This document shows, one piece after another, positions 63,798-64,000 of a stretch of DNA of 64,000 bases. The translations under genes were made by a program, and so were the position numbers. Each line of letters opens with the position of its first letter. Within the stretch, counting starts at the first letter, position 1. Source of the DNA: Peptococcaceae bacterium (GTDB taxonomy: Bacteria > Bacillota > Desulfotomaculia > Desulfotomaculales > JACDOK01); contig JACDOK010000002.1 of NCBI GenBank assembly GCA_017656185.1, positions 8,768-72,767 of the forward strand, in the 5' to 3' direction. The notes below the pieces were generated by a model that made no database searches, was not told the origin of the DNA, and saw only the letters and a list, made by a program, of their open reading frames with translations.

Positions 63798-64000
63798 TTG
63801 AAATCGACAGGTATTGTGCGCAAGGTGGACGAGCTGGGTCGTGTTGTGATTCCTATCGAGCTGAGGCGGACCCTCGGCATCGAGGAAAAGGATGCCCTGG
63901 AAATTTACGTTGATGAGGAAAAGATCATCCTCAGAAAATACGAACCGGCCTGCGTGTTTTGTGGTAACGCGGGGAACGTGCAGCATTACCGGGGCAAGCT
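63798..64000 (+). CDS. abrB: AbrB family transition-state regulator (3' end outside window)
   Basis: It is not in the ORF track because no stop falls inside the window. TTG 63798, 7 nt after GGGAGGGG, gives MKSTGIVRKVDELGRVVIPIELRRTLGIEEKDALEIYVDEEKIILRKYEP.... This is near-identical to the AbrB N-terminal domain. Confidence 0.9.
   Translation, partial: MKSTGIVRKVDELGRVVIPIELRRTLGIEEKDALEIYVDEEKIILRKYEPACVFCGNAGNVQHYRGK

Overview
This 64 kb window comes from a Gram-positive endospore former. On the minus strand it carries the conserved origin-proximal housekeeping and sporulation block known from Bacillus and Clostridia. That block reads metG-tatD-yabE-rsmA-yabG ... ispE ... spoVG-glmU-prs-ctc-pth-mfd-spoVT-mazG-hup-yabO-yabP-yabQ-divIC ... 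spoIIE-tilS-ftsH-ndk, followed by DUF134, mrp and a doubled HdrA-like flavoprotein. The HdrA-like gene, the Sec-type tRNA and the gene order suggest a Desulfotomaculum/Pelotomaculum-type Peptococcaceae, but that is inference only. The accessory genes lie mostly on the plus strand, against the core orientation.

Two accessory regions stand out:

1. Selenium module (about 26.5-29.7 kb). It holds a LysR regulator, a selenocysteine-shaped tRNA with a cysteine GCA anticodon and U73 (tRNAReC-like), and YedE plus a TusA/YedF-like protein. It also holds a HesB/IscA-type gene that the ORF track misses, because it has two in-frame TGA codons at or next to Fe-S ligand cysteine positions.

2. Spore-surface-like island (about 33.8-55 kb). 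A 16 kb core encodes six paralogous GT2-TPR (GmaR/SunS-like) glycosyltransferases, CgeB and two GT-B enzymes. These surround two antisense proteins that share a C-terminal domain ending in FQGQG. One of the two carries three 102-bp tandem repeats that differ only at synonymous sites.

A mosaic family of 7-nt and 12-nt tandem repeats also recurs in intergenic regions. I saw no transposases, CRISPR arrays or rRNA. All family assignments come from reading the translations; no searches were run.
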